Below, in pieces: positions 1 through 6,763 of a stretch of DNA of 18,664 nt (the first letter of the stretch is position 1; each line of letters begins with the position of its first letter). Source of the DNA: a virus (lineage: Duplodnaviria > Heunggongvirae > Uroviricota > Caudoviricetes); IMG/VR virus record IMGVR_UViG_3300013099_000019. One strand, 5' to 3'. The notes below the pieces were generated by a model. That model was not told the DNA's origin. It made no database searches and worked only from the letters and a program-made list of their open reading frames with translations. Made by a program: the position numbers and the translations under genes.

Positions 1-2
1 AA

Positions 3-209
3 TTTAAGTACAAAAAGAAAGAAGGTGAGCTTAGTAAGACTTTATTAGAACCAGGTGATTTTTACGGTAATACCCTTACTTATGATGGTATTACAAAAAT
101 TAAAGGTATGATAAAAGAAGTTATTGCTTATGTTAGTAAGAAGAAAGTTAGAGATGATGCTATTGTTATTACTAGTACTGTTATACATCATAAAAATATC
201 TTCAATTAA
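3..209 (+). CDS. 3' end of a hypothetical protein, truncated by the window start
   Basis: Manually read open frame from position 3 (FKYKKKEGELSKTLLEPGDFYG...IHHKNIFN) to TAA 207-209, on the same strand as all neighbours. Confidence 0.6.
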   Translation, partial: FKYKKKEGELSKTLLEPGDFYGNTLTYDGITKIKGMIKEVIAYVSKKKVRDDAIVITSTVIHHKNIFN

Positions 210-263
210 TATGAAAAAATAGTAGTATAATATCAAGTAGTTAAATATTAATAAGGAGTAGTT

Positions 264-431
264 ATGCCAGCACTTGTACTTATTCAAATAAACTGTGATA
301 AATATAAAGATACTTGCTTTAGATGTGATTATAAGAGAGAAGGTGAGTGTCTTTTATTTGACACCTCTCTTATTTATTCCTCGGAATTTGGGGATTTTTA
401 CCGTTGTGAAGAGTGTGTTGATTCTGAATAA
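264..431 (+). CDS. Cys-rich microprotein, 55 aa (not in ORF track)
   Basis: AAGGAG at 253-258, ATG 264; MPALVLIQINCDKYKDTCFRCDYKREGECLLF...YRCEECVDSE with two CxxC motifs. Confidence 0.75.
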   Translation: MPALVLIQINCDKYKDTCFRCDYKREGECLLFDTSLIYSSEFGDFYRCEECVDSE

Positions 432-455
432 TAGTAATGATAAGGAGTAGTTATA

Positions 456-641
456 ATGGTAATTGAAGAAGCTAATGAAAATTCTATAGTTTGTAGAAAG
501 TGTAAATGGCCTGAATTTGCTCTTGAATATATGGAGCCTTCTGACTTGTGTGTTAAACATAAAGAAGAACAGGAACGTGTAGAAAAAGAGTGTGATGAAG
601 CCTCTCATTTCGCCGGGATTGTAAATCGTAGTAGAGGATAA
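456..641 (+). CDS. Cys-containing hypothetical protein, 61 aa
   Basis: ORF track; AAGGAG RBS at 442-447; CRKC...C...C. Confidence 0.75.
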   Translation: MVIEEANENSIVCRKCKWPEFALEYMEPSDLCVKHKEEQERVEKECDEASHFAGIVNRSRG

Positions 642-662
642 TAGTAATAATAAGGGGTAGTT

Positions 663-836
663 ATGAGTGAAAGAGTACTATATTGGAAAGAAGATTTGCC
701 TGCTACTTGCCCTCATTGCGGTAAAGTAGATGATTATGTGTTTTATTTAAATACTACTAGTTTAGTATGTGGTTTTTGTGGTGAGGAGTTTGATATTGAG
801 TTGTTAGTTAGTGATATTAAAGTTAGATCACTTTAA
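663..836 (+). CDS. Zinc-ribbon microprotein, 57 aa (not in ORF track)
   Basis: AAGGGG RBS, ATG 663; MSERVLYWKEDLPATCPHCGKVDD...LVCGFCGEEF...VRSL; CPHC/CGFC pair typical of Zn ribbons. Confidence 0.8.
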   Translation: MSERVLYWKEDLPATCPHCGKVDDYVFYLNTTSLVCGFCGEEFDIELLVSDIKVRSL

Positions 837-890
837 CAACATTTTATAGCCTGGAAATATAAATAGTTTAAATAATTTCAAGGAGTTATA

Positions 891-1040
891 ATGTTTAAAA
901 AGATAATATTTGTTATACGTTTTTTGTTAATTGGTTGGTGGTTTATACCTTTTGCTTGGATACTTGCCTTAATACTTACTGGTGAAATTAAAGATGGCAA
1001 CGAACTTGCTTATGATGTATTTTATGGTATAAGTATATAA
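891..1040 (+). CDS. Small membrane protein, 49 aa (not in ORF track)
   Basis: AAGGAG at 880-885, ATG 891; MFKKIIFVIRFLLIGWWFIPFAWILALILTGEIKDG...; one long hydrophobic segment. Confidence 0.7.
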   Translation: MFKKIIFVIRFLLIGWWFIPFAWILALILTGEIKDGNELAYDVFYGISI

Positions 1041-1064
1041 TTTTAATAGTAATAAAGAATAGTT

Positions 1065-1265
1065 ATGCGAATATTTAAAAAATTTAATGGTGCTAATGGG
1101 GTAACTTGTCCAGTTTGTGATACTGCCAAAGAAGTAGAAACTGTACTAGTGCCTATTCCTGGAACTGAAAATGGTAATAATGTTGAATGTAAACAAATAC
1201 ATAAAGCATGTTATGATGTAGTTAAAGCAATGTATGAAAAAGAGGATAATGAATCGGTTATCTAA
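1065..1265 (+). CDS. Putative Zn-binding hypothetical protein, 66 aa
   Basis: ORF track; CPVC...C-x3-H-x2-C; preceded by linker copy 4. Confidence 0.75.
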   Translation: MRIFKKFNGANGVTCPVCDTAKEVETVLVPIPGTENGNNVECKQIHKACYDVVKAMYEKEDNESVI

Positions 1266-1321
1266 CTGCTGTAGTGTGTACTACAACGGAAAAGAAGTTA
1301 TTTTGTAGTAGTGTACAGTAG
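1266..1321 (+). other. Imperfect inverted repeat (two-stem hairpin)
   Basis: CTGCTGTA (1266-1273) pairs with TACAGTAG (1314-1321, one G-T); TACTACAA (1279-1286) pairs perfectly with TTGTAGTA (1303-1310). No U-tract follows. Confidence 0.5.
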
Positions 1322-1370
1322 TAAAGTTAAGTAATAAATCTAATAAATTCAATATATTATAGGTGTTAAA

Positions 1371-1568
1371 ATGAGTAAGAAAGAAACTTTGGAAGCTTTA
1401 AAATATTGTTGTGCTTGTACAAATTGGATACCTGGTACATTAGGGTTGACTGGTAAATGTACTGTTATTGGTACTGGTAGTACTCATGGTACTTCTAGTT
1501 GTAGTTCTTTTAGTCTTATTAAAGATTGGGATAAACCAATTCTTAGCCCGGAAATTAAAAATGATTAA
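1371..1568 (+). CDS. Four-Cys phage microprotein, 65 aa
   Basis: ORF track; CCAC-x2-W...GKC...SCSSF; AGGTG RBS upstream. Confidence 0.75.
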   Translation: MSKKETLEALKYCCACTNWIPGTLGLTGKCTVIGTGSTHGTSSCSSFSLIKDWDKPILSPEIKND

Positions 1569-1788
1569 TTTACTTAACATACCGGAATGGCTTATACTTT
1601 TTCAAAAAATACTTATATTTATTCTTGTAGTATCAGTAGTATTAGGTGAAGTAGACAAGTATATACTTAATGATTGGTTAGAACATAATAAGTTTATTAA
1701 TTGTATGCTTGATTTTATTATTTACTTCTCTATTACTTCACTAGCTATATCTTTACTAGTAGATTTATACTATATATTATTCTTATAA
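1561..1788 (+). CDS. Membrane protein, 75 aa (start revised from 1468)
   Basis: ATG 1561 overlaps the end of the previous gene; two hydrophobic segments. The 1468 start would overlap the upstream gene by about 100 nt. Confidence 0.65.
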   Translation: MINLLNIPEWLILFQKILIFILVVSVVLGEVDKYILNDWLEHNKFINCMLDFIIYFSITSLAISLLVDLYYILFL

Positions 1789-1797
1789 GGAGTTGAT

Positions 1798-1998
1798 ATG
1801 ACTGATAAAAATTATTTAGATACACGTATTAATATTGGTAGGTTACGTAAAATAATAACTTTTTTAGAAAGCCCTTTAGGTAATGACATACTAAAAATAT
1901 TTAAAGAGCAAAACACTTTAAAAGACCTGATGAATTTATCTGGTGAGCAAAGAGAGATTTTTATGCTTTTACATAAACTTAAATATATGATTAAATAA
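1798..1998 (+). CDS. Hypothetical protein, 66 aa
   Basis: ORF track; AAGGAG RBS just upstream. Confidence 0.75.
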   Translation: MTDKNYLDTRINIGRLRKIITFLESPLGNDILKIFKEQNTLKDLMNLSGEQREIFMLLHKLKYMIK

Positions 1999-2028
1999 TA
2001 ACAATAATAAGTACTTAAGGAGTATATT

Positions 2029-2169
2029 ATGTTTAAAACTTGCAATCCTTACACATATAAACAATCTGAAACAAATAAGGACAAAAAAGTAGTAAAAAAG
2101 AAGCGAAAGATTTATAAAATAAAGGTACCCAGTTTCTTTGTTTATCATCCTTACGAGGCATCATGTTAA
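2029..2169 (+). CDS. Basic microprotein, 46 aa (not in ORF track)
   Basis: AAGGAG upstream; MFKTCNPYTYKQSETNKDKKVVKKKRKIYKIKVPSFFVYHPYEASC. Confidence 0.6.
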   Translation: MFKTCNPYTYKQSETNKDKKVVKKKRKIYKIKVPSFFVYHPYEASC

Positions 2170-2188
2170 CCTCTTTTTATACGTCTCT

Positions 2189-2251
2189 AAATAGCCCAAA
2201 ATAGCCTTGTAATTCAAAAATAGAATATAAGGCATAGTTGGGTATCTATTT
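2189..2251 (+). other. Multi-stem imperfect hairpin in a non-coding region
   Basis: Nested pairings: AAATAG/CTATTT (2189-2194/2246-2251), CCCAA/TTGGG (2195-2199/2238-2242), GCCTT/AAGGC (2204-2208/2229-2233), ATTC/GAAT (2212-2215/2223-2226). Confidence 0.5.
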
Positions 2252-2325
2252 TACTTAAAATTCAAATTAAAGCCTATTTAAATACTAGGAAATAGCAATT
2301 AATTAATAGTAGTAATACTATATAC

Positions 2326-2354
2326 TTGTAAAAATAGTAAAATAGTAGTAATAT
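2326..2354 (+). promoter_or_regulatory. Sigma70-like promoter candidate
   Basis: TTGTAA (2326-2331), 17 nt spacer, TAATAT (2349-2354), in the largest non-coding gap and 80 nt upstream of ATG 2435. The AT-rich background lowers confidence. Confidence 0.45.
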
Positions 2355-2434
2355 TTATAAGTATTACAAGCTGTTACATTAATTATTACGTCTAATTACG
2401 TGCAATTACAGTGCTATTTTAAAGGAGAATAGTA

Positions 2435-2743
2435 ATGGTAAAAATCCATTGTAGAACTAATCTTGATCTAAATGAAGAGTGGCCTACAAGTCTGCCTGAA
2501 AGACCTGTAGTAGGTGATAGAATCACTTCTATAATTAATCATAATTATGGTCATGGTAATATTAATATTACGTTAGAAGTTGTAGGTGTTACTTGGGTAT
2601 ATAATAAAATTATGGGTGCTGGACATGAAGTATTTGATTGGTATCTTATTGTTGAGTTACATGATCCTTTGAAAAGATCTATTAGGGAGTTTTATACTTG
2701 GTATGCTCCTTTAGTTGGAAAATCTGTTTCGGCATTTATTTAA
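2435..2743 (+). CDS. Hypothetical protein, 102 aa
   Basis: ORF track; AAGGAG RBS. Confidence 0.8.
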   Translation: MVKIHCRTNLDLNEEWPTSLPERPVVGDRITSIINHNYGHGNINITLEVVGVTWVYNKIMGAGHEVFDWYLIVELHDPLKRSIREFYTWYAPLVGKSVSAFI

Positions 2744-2770
2744 TAGCTTTTTTAGCCCGTGAGGACAATT

Positions 2771-2890
2771 ATGAAAGAAATAAAACGTTGGTTTTGGATG
2801 ATGGATTATTGTAAAAAACGCCACTTGCCACCAGCTCAAAGTTGGGCCTGGGCATTAGCTACAGAAGCTTTTGATAGAAGGAGAAAATAA
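2771..2890 (+). CDS. Trp-rich microprotein, 39 aa (not in ORF track)
   Basis: GAGG RBS at 2761; MKEIKRWFWMMDYCKKRHLPPAQSWAWALATEAFDRRRK; its TAA overlaps the next ATG (TAATG). Confidence 0.7.
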   Translation: MKEIKRWFWMMDYCKKRHLPPAQSWAWALATEAFDRRRK

Positions 2891-3153
2891 TGAGTATACA
2901 AACAACACAAACAATGACTGAAGAGGTAGCTATAGAAAGAATAACTAGAATAGTTTGTCTTGCACTTCAAAAGAATTATAAAGCTATTACAATTGAATCT
3001 TTTGATCCTAACTATAAAATAGAAGATTGTATAAAAGAAATAATAGAATTAGATATTTCTTGTATTCAAAATTGGACAACTGAAATGTTGGAAGACGTAA
3101 TAGACAGGCCTTTTTTCAGATTAAGTATGTTTGATAATTATTGTATAATTTAA
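2890..3153 (+). CDS. Hypothetical protein, 87 aa
   Basis: ORF track; AAGGAG RBS and TAATG coupling. Confidence 0.75.
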   Translation: MSIQTTQTMTEEVAIERITRIVCLALQKNYKAITIESFDPNYKIEDCIKEIIELDISCIQNWTTEMLEDVIDRPFFRLSMFDNYCII

Positions 3154-3171
3154 CTTATAGGAGAATTAAGT

Positions 3172-3372
3172 ATGCAAACACTACTTTTTATAAATAATAT
3201 ACTTTCTATACTTATAGGTATATGTTTAGGTGTAATATTTATTGATATAAAAGAAAAATTAAACTACTATTTATGGCCAGTATATGTAGTATGGTTATCA
3301 TGCTTATTTATTGATGTAATGATACTTGCTACTTTAAGTGCAGAACTTTCTTTTTCGGTATTAAAATTTTGA
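3172..3372 (+). CDS. Small two-TM membrane protein, 66 aa
   Basis: ORF track; AGGAG RBS; two hydrophobic stretches. Confidence 0.7.
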   Translation: MQTLLFINNILSILIGICLGVIFIDIKEKLNYYLWPVYVVWLSCLFIDVMILATLSAELSFSVLKF

Positions 3373-3381
3373 GGTGTTTAA

Positions 3382-3654
3382 ATGTTATCTGATATTGATA
3401 TGGACGAACAACACTTGGCAGATTTAGAACATGAAGCTTGTGTTCAATTTACTTATGGTGATGATGTCATACTTCTCAGTAATTTTAACAATAAAGATAA
3501 AAATAAAATTACTGAATTAATTTCAGAAATTAAAAGTATATTTATTGGTACAGCTTTTGTTTTAAATGGTATACCTTATGATGGTATGTTTGGTGTTTAT
3601 TCACATTCTATCGCCGGGGCAAAAGAATTTTGGAAAACTTATGATGAATTGTAG
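3382..3654 (+). CDS. Hypothetical protein, 90 aa
   Basis: ORF track; GAGGTG RBS. Confidence 0.75.
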   Translation: MLSDIDMDEQHLADLEHEACVQFTYGDDVILLSNFNNKDKNKITELISEIKSIFIGTAFVLNGIPYDGMFGVYSHSIAGAKEFWKTYDEL

Positions 3655-3663
3655 GAGTATCTA

Positions 3664-3996
3664 ATGTCTGTAATTTATTTACTACCATGTCCCTTTTGTG
3701 AAGGTGATGCTATTTTTGACACGGTAGAAGAAGAATCACGTTGTAATATAATGATAGAATATCCAATAGTAAAATGTTCTAATTGTTTAGTTAGAACTGA
3801 CGGATGTGCTACTAAAGAAGATGCCGCAGAAGAATGGAATACTAGAAACAGTAAAGAATTAAGAGACGTTTATTCTTGTAGTACTTGTCTTCATTTTTCT
3901 TCAGGTAATGCTAATTTTGATGCTGGAGGTATATGTTTAAAACATGATCAAACTTGTTATGCTGATGATGGTATTTGTATTAATTTTGTAAAATAA
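3664..3996 (+). CDS. Lar-family restriction-alleviation-like protein with an extra C-terminal four-Cys domain
   Basis: LLPCPFCEG...VKCSNC...KEDAAEEWNTR matches the Lar_restr_allev pattern (LxPCPFCG...CxxC...AxxxWNxR); followed by CSTCLHF...GICLKH...CINF. Confidence 0.7.
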   Translation: MSVIYLLPCPFCEGDAIFDTVEEESRCNIMIEYPIVKCSNCLVRTDGCATKEDAAEEWNTRNSKELRDVYSCSTCLHFSSGNANFDAGGICLKHDQTCYADDGICINFVK

Positions 3997-4007
3997 TTGA
4001 GGTAATC

Positions 4008-4211
4008 ATGTCTAATTGTTTAAGTAAAGAAGTAGCAACTCTTGAAGAAAAAGTAAAAAATCTTGAAAGAGCTGTTGCTCAAACAAAATATGTTGTAAGT
4101 TCTTTTACCAGTGTTTATGATTCGCCTGATTATAAAAATAAAATGCCAGTTAATCGTAGTGCACATACATTAGAATTAAAAAGATTATTGGCTTTTATTG
4201 AAGAGGCATAA
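4008..4211 (+). CDS. Hypothetical protein with an N-terminal coiled coil, 67 aa
   Basis: ORF track; GAGGT RBS. Confidence 0.7.
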   Translation: MSNCLSKEVATLEEKVKNLERAVAQTKYVVSSFTSVYDSPDYKNKMPVNRSAHTLELKRLLAFIEEA

Positions 4212-4218
4212 TTTTATT

Positions 4219-4344
4219 ATGGCTAAAATAACAAATGAATATAAAGCAAAAAAGGTGCTTAAAGTTGATTATGTACACAATATAAATGATACTGAAATTA
4301 TTCCTACAGCGCTTCATTCTTTGCCCGGCGTAAAAATTATGTAA
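4219..4344 (+). CDS. Possible microprotein, 41 aa (not in ORF track)
   Basis: MAKITNEYKAKKVLKVDYVHNINDTEIIPTALHSLPGVKIM fills the gap exactly; RBS is weak. Confidence 0.5.
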   Translation: MAKITNEYKAKKVLKVDYVHNINDTEIIPTALHSLPGVKIM

Positions 4345-4356
4345 AAGGATTCAAAC

Positions 4357-5259
4357 ATGTTTACTAAGTATAGACCATTTAGAATAGTATTTATTTTAGT
4401 AGTATTAACACTAATACTTTTTAGTGCTAATTTTACTCAAAGTATAGCTGAAGATACCCCTAAAATTATAACCAAAATTTCAGAAGAGGAACCTTCAATA
4501 ATAGTAGCTAAAACTTCTATAGTAGTAGTAAATGCTACTTTTATTAGAGAGCCTGATGCATCTCCTTCAGAAGTAATTGATTATGACGTTACACATTATC
4601 TTCGTAATGTAAATTATATACCTGGAGCAGTAACATGGGAATGGGGGCCTTTACCTACTTATAGTCCTTGGCCTCAAGGATCAACAGTTGCTACTGGAAG
4701 AATATGGGCTTGGCGTACTCCTGATAATGGTAAAATATATGAAGGATTAGCTTGGGATTATATTACTAATTCTACAACACACAAAGGTAGAGCCAATGAT
4801 GTACCTAATTGGATAGGTACAATGATTTCATCACTTTGTCATACTAATTCTACTTGTAATGCTACTGAACGTACAAGGATAGAATTTTTTCCAGGAAAAA
4901 CTATTGATTATAATAATTCTGAAGATACGGAGTTAATATCTTTAAAAATTACTCCAAGTGATGTTGGCATATTTTATGAGAATGAAACACAACAGTTCAA
5001 AGCTATGGGTATAACGCCTGACGGTACTATAGTTGATCTTACAAATCAAGTAGATTGGTTTATTGATCCTTCAGGTTTTCCTTATAAAAATTCTGACCAA
5101 GATATGTCTGAAGGAGCAGTAGTAACTATTAATAGTACTGGTTTAGCAACTGTCCATGATACTTGGGGAAGAGTTATGGTTAATGCTTGTTATCCTAAAG
5201 GATGTCATGGTAATTCTGCTACACTTGGTGCTATTCAATTATTACTTTTAAACCATTGA
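4357..5259 (+). CDS. Secreted protein with a C-terminal Big_2 (bacterial Ig-like) domain
   Basis: N-terminal signal peptide (basic n-region, hydrophobic h-region, SIA/ED cleavage-like site); LISLKITPS...TQQFKAMG...DGT..DLTNQVDW...INSTGLATV is a typical Big_2 pattern; ends GAIQLLLLNH. Confidence 0.75.
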   Translation: MFTKYRPFRIVFILVVLTLILFSANFTQSIAEDTPKIITKISEEEPSIIVAKTSIVVVNATFIREPDASPSEVIDYDVTHYLRNVNYIPGAVTWEWGPLPTYSPWPQGSTVATGRIWAWRTPDNGKIYEGLAWDYITNSTTHKGRANDVPNWIGTMISSLCHTNSTCNATERTRIEFFPGKTIDYNNSEDTELISLKITPSDVGIFYENETQQFKAMGITPDGTIVDLTNQVDWFIDPSGFPYKNSDQDMSEGAVVTINSTGLATVHDTWGRVMVNACYPKGCHGNSATLGAIQLLLLNH

Positions 5260-5271
5260 TAAGGAATTATA

Positions 5272-5571
5272 ATGACTGTCTTAAAAGATAAACTATCGAC
5301 TCTTAAAGCTACTTATGAGCAAGAAAAGAATAAGCTTGAAGAAGAATTAAAAAAACAGCGTCTACTTAAAATACCAAAAGAAGAGATTGAATTAGCTGAG
5401 CTTCTCCATAGTAAATTTTGCCATAAAAGCCATATAGATCTTTGTGGATGGTATTATGATGAAGGGGATTGGACAGATTCTAGCCGTAAAAGATACCTTA
5501 AAAAAGCTAACTCCTTATTAAAAATTGTTAATTATAAGGATGCTTTAAAAGTTGCAGACGCACTTACTTAA
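5272..5571 (+). CDS. Hypothetical protein, 99 aa (coiled coil plus H/C motif)
   Basis: ORF track; AAGGA RBS; LLHSKFCHKSHIDLCGWYYDEGDW. Confidence 0.8.
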   Translation: MTVLKDKLSTLKATYEQEKNKLEEELKKQRLLKIPKEEIELAELLHSKFCHKSHIDLCGWYYDEGDWTDSSRKRYLKKANSLLKIVNYKDALKVADALT

Positions 5572-5598
5572 ACAAAAAAATTAATTCAAGGTACTAAA

Positions 5599-6327
5599 AT
5601 GGAACAGTTAAAAAGTACTGGCAGTATAGCTCAAGATGCTTTACGCTTGGGTTTTCAAACTACATGTCATAAAGGTGTAGCCAAATTATTAAAAGTAGAT
5701 GATGCTACTACACAAGCCTGTCAATCTTTTAAAAATAAGCAGGAAATAAAAGTAAATAAAATCTTAAAAACTTTTGAAAAAGATTATGAGAAAATATTTG
5801 AAAATGAATTTATGTATAGTTTAACAAATGCATATTATTACCCTTCTAATATTTTAAAGCACATATGGTACAGATTAAGTATGAACAAAGTACCTAGAAA
5901 GTACTCAGTAAAAATAAAAACTGTTCGTCCTGCTAAATTAAATCTTAATGAAGGAAAATGGAAAACTGCTATTGAATATGAAAAAACTTCCTTTGCCTGG
6001 TCAGGATTATTTAAAGGAAAAAAATGTATATTTAAAAAAGAAATTGCTACAGAGTTAAAAAATATAAATACTTATGCTAAAGTATGTAAAGTAAAATATA
6101 TACCTTATTCAGATTATTACCAACGTTACATACCAGATGAAGCTGTTTATGCTGTAAAAGAAGCTATGAACATTAATATGACTAAGATATTAGTAGCACA
6201 ACCAAAATTTGTTGATTCAATTGAACCTATGCCAGATCCAATTATTGTTGGACATATAGGCGATCAAATGTTTATTATTGCTTGGTTTGGTTATAATAAG
6301 AAAGACCCTATGGCATGTAATATTTAA
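5599..6327 (+). CDS. Hypothetical phage protein, 242 aa
   Basis: ORF track; long ORF ending IPDEAV...VAQP...PDPIIVG...FIIAWFG; no function recognised. Confidence 0.8.
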   Translation: MEQLKSTGSIAQDALRLGFQTTCHKGVAKLLKVDDATTQACQSFKNKQEIKVNKILKTFEKDYEKIFENEFMYSLTNAYYYPSNILKHIWYRLSMNKVPRKYSVKIKTVRPAKLNLNEGKWKTAIEYEKTSFAWSGLFKGKKCIFKKEIATELKNINTYAKVCKVKYIPYSDYYQRYIPDEAVYAVKEAMNINMTKILVAQPKFVDSIEPMPDPIIVGHIGDQMFIIAWFGYNKKDPMACNI

Positions 6328-6345
6328 TATTTTTTGGAGAGCAAG

Positions 6346-6552
6346 ATGACTTTAATGTTTAAGTACCTTAATGATCTTGAAAAATTATGCAGTGTTTCAA
6401 CAAACAGCGTGGCACAAATTAACCATCATACTGTACTAGGTGAAAAAGTACAAAGTATAATTATAACGCATAAAGGTAAAATTTGTCACAGTAATGAAAG
6501 TGTATTGGTATTAGCAGGAAGATTCAATAAACTTTGTGAAAATAAGGGATAA
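6346..6552 (+). CDS. Hypothetical protein, 68 aa (start revised from TTG 6334)
   Basis: GGAG at 6335-6338 precedes ATG 6346. Confidence 0.65.
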   Translation: MTLMFKYLNDLEKLCSVSTNSVAQINHHTVLGEKVQSIIITHKGKICHSNESVLVLAGRFNKLCENKG

Positions 6553-6553
6553 T

Positions 6554-6763
6554 ATGATAAAAATACTTATATTTTTAACAATTACTTTGTTATTACTTAC
6601 AGGTTGTTCAGAAGAATTTCCACCACCTGAAAAAGCTTTTATTGCTTGTATAGAAAATGGAGGCATTCCAATATATGCAAGTAGTGCTACAGATGGTACA
6701 CAATATACTTGTAAACAAAAGAAAGAAGAGGATAGTGCTAATGACACCAAAGATACACTCTAG
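6554..6763 (+). CDS. Small lipoprotein, 69 aa (start revised from 6536)
   Basis: MIKILIFLTITLLLLTGC|SEE is a signal peptidase II lipobox (LLTGC); two further Cys in the mature part. Confidence 0.75.
   Translation: MIKILIFLTITLLLLTGCSEEFPPPEKAFIACIENGGIPIYASSATDGTQYTCKQKKEEDSANDTKDTL

Larger units (their letters stand above)
249..1067 (+). repeat. Four dispersed copies of an intergenic linker, approx. TAATAGTAAT(R)ATAAGGRGTAGTTA(TA)TG
   Basis: Copies at 249-266 (partial), 429-458, 639-665 and 1044-1067 (degenerate), each ending in the ATG of the next small gene. Confidence 0.75.

Noticed and set aside
249-1067. Linker repeats as a CRISPR array
   Set aside because: Spacing is irregular (about 180-400 nt), the spacers are complete ORFs, each repeat contains an SD and ATG, and no cas genes are present.
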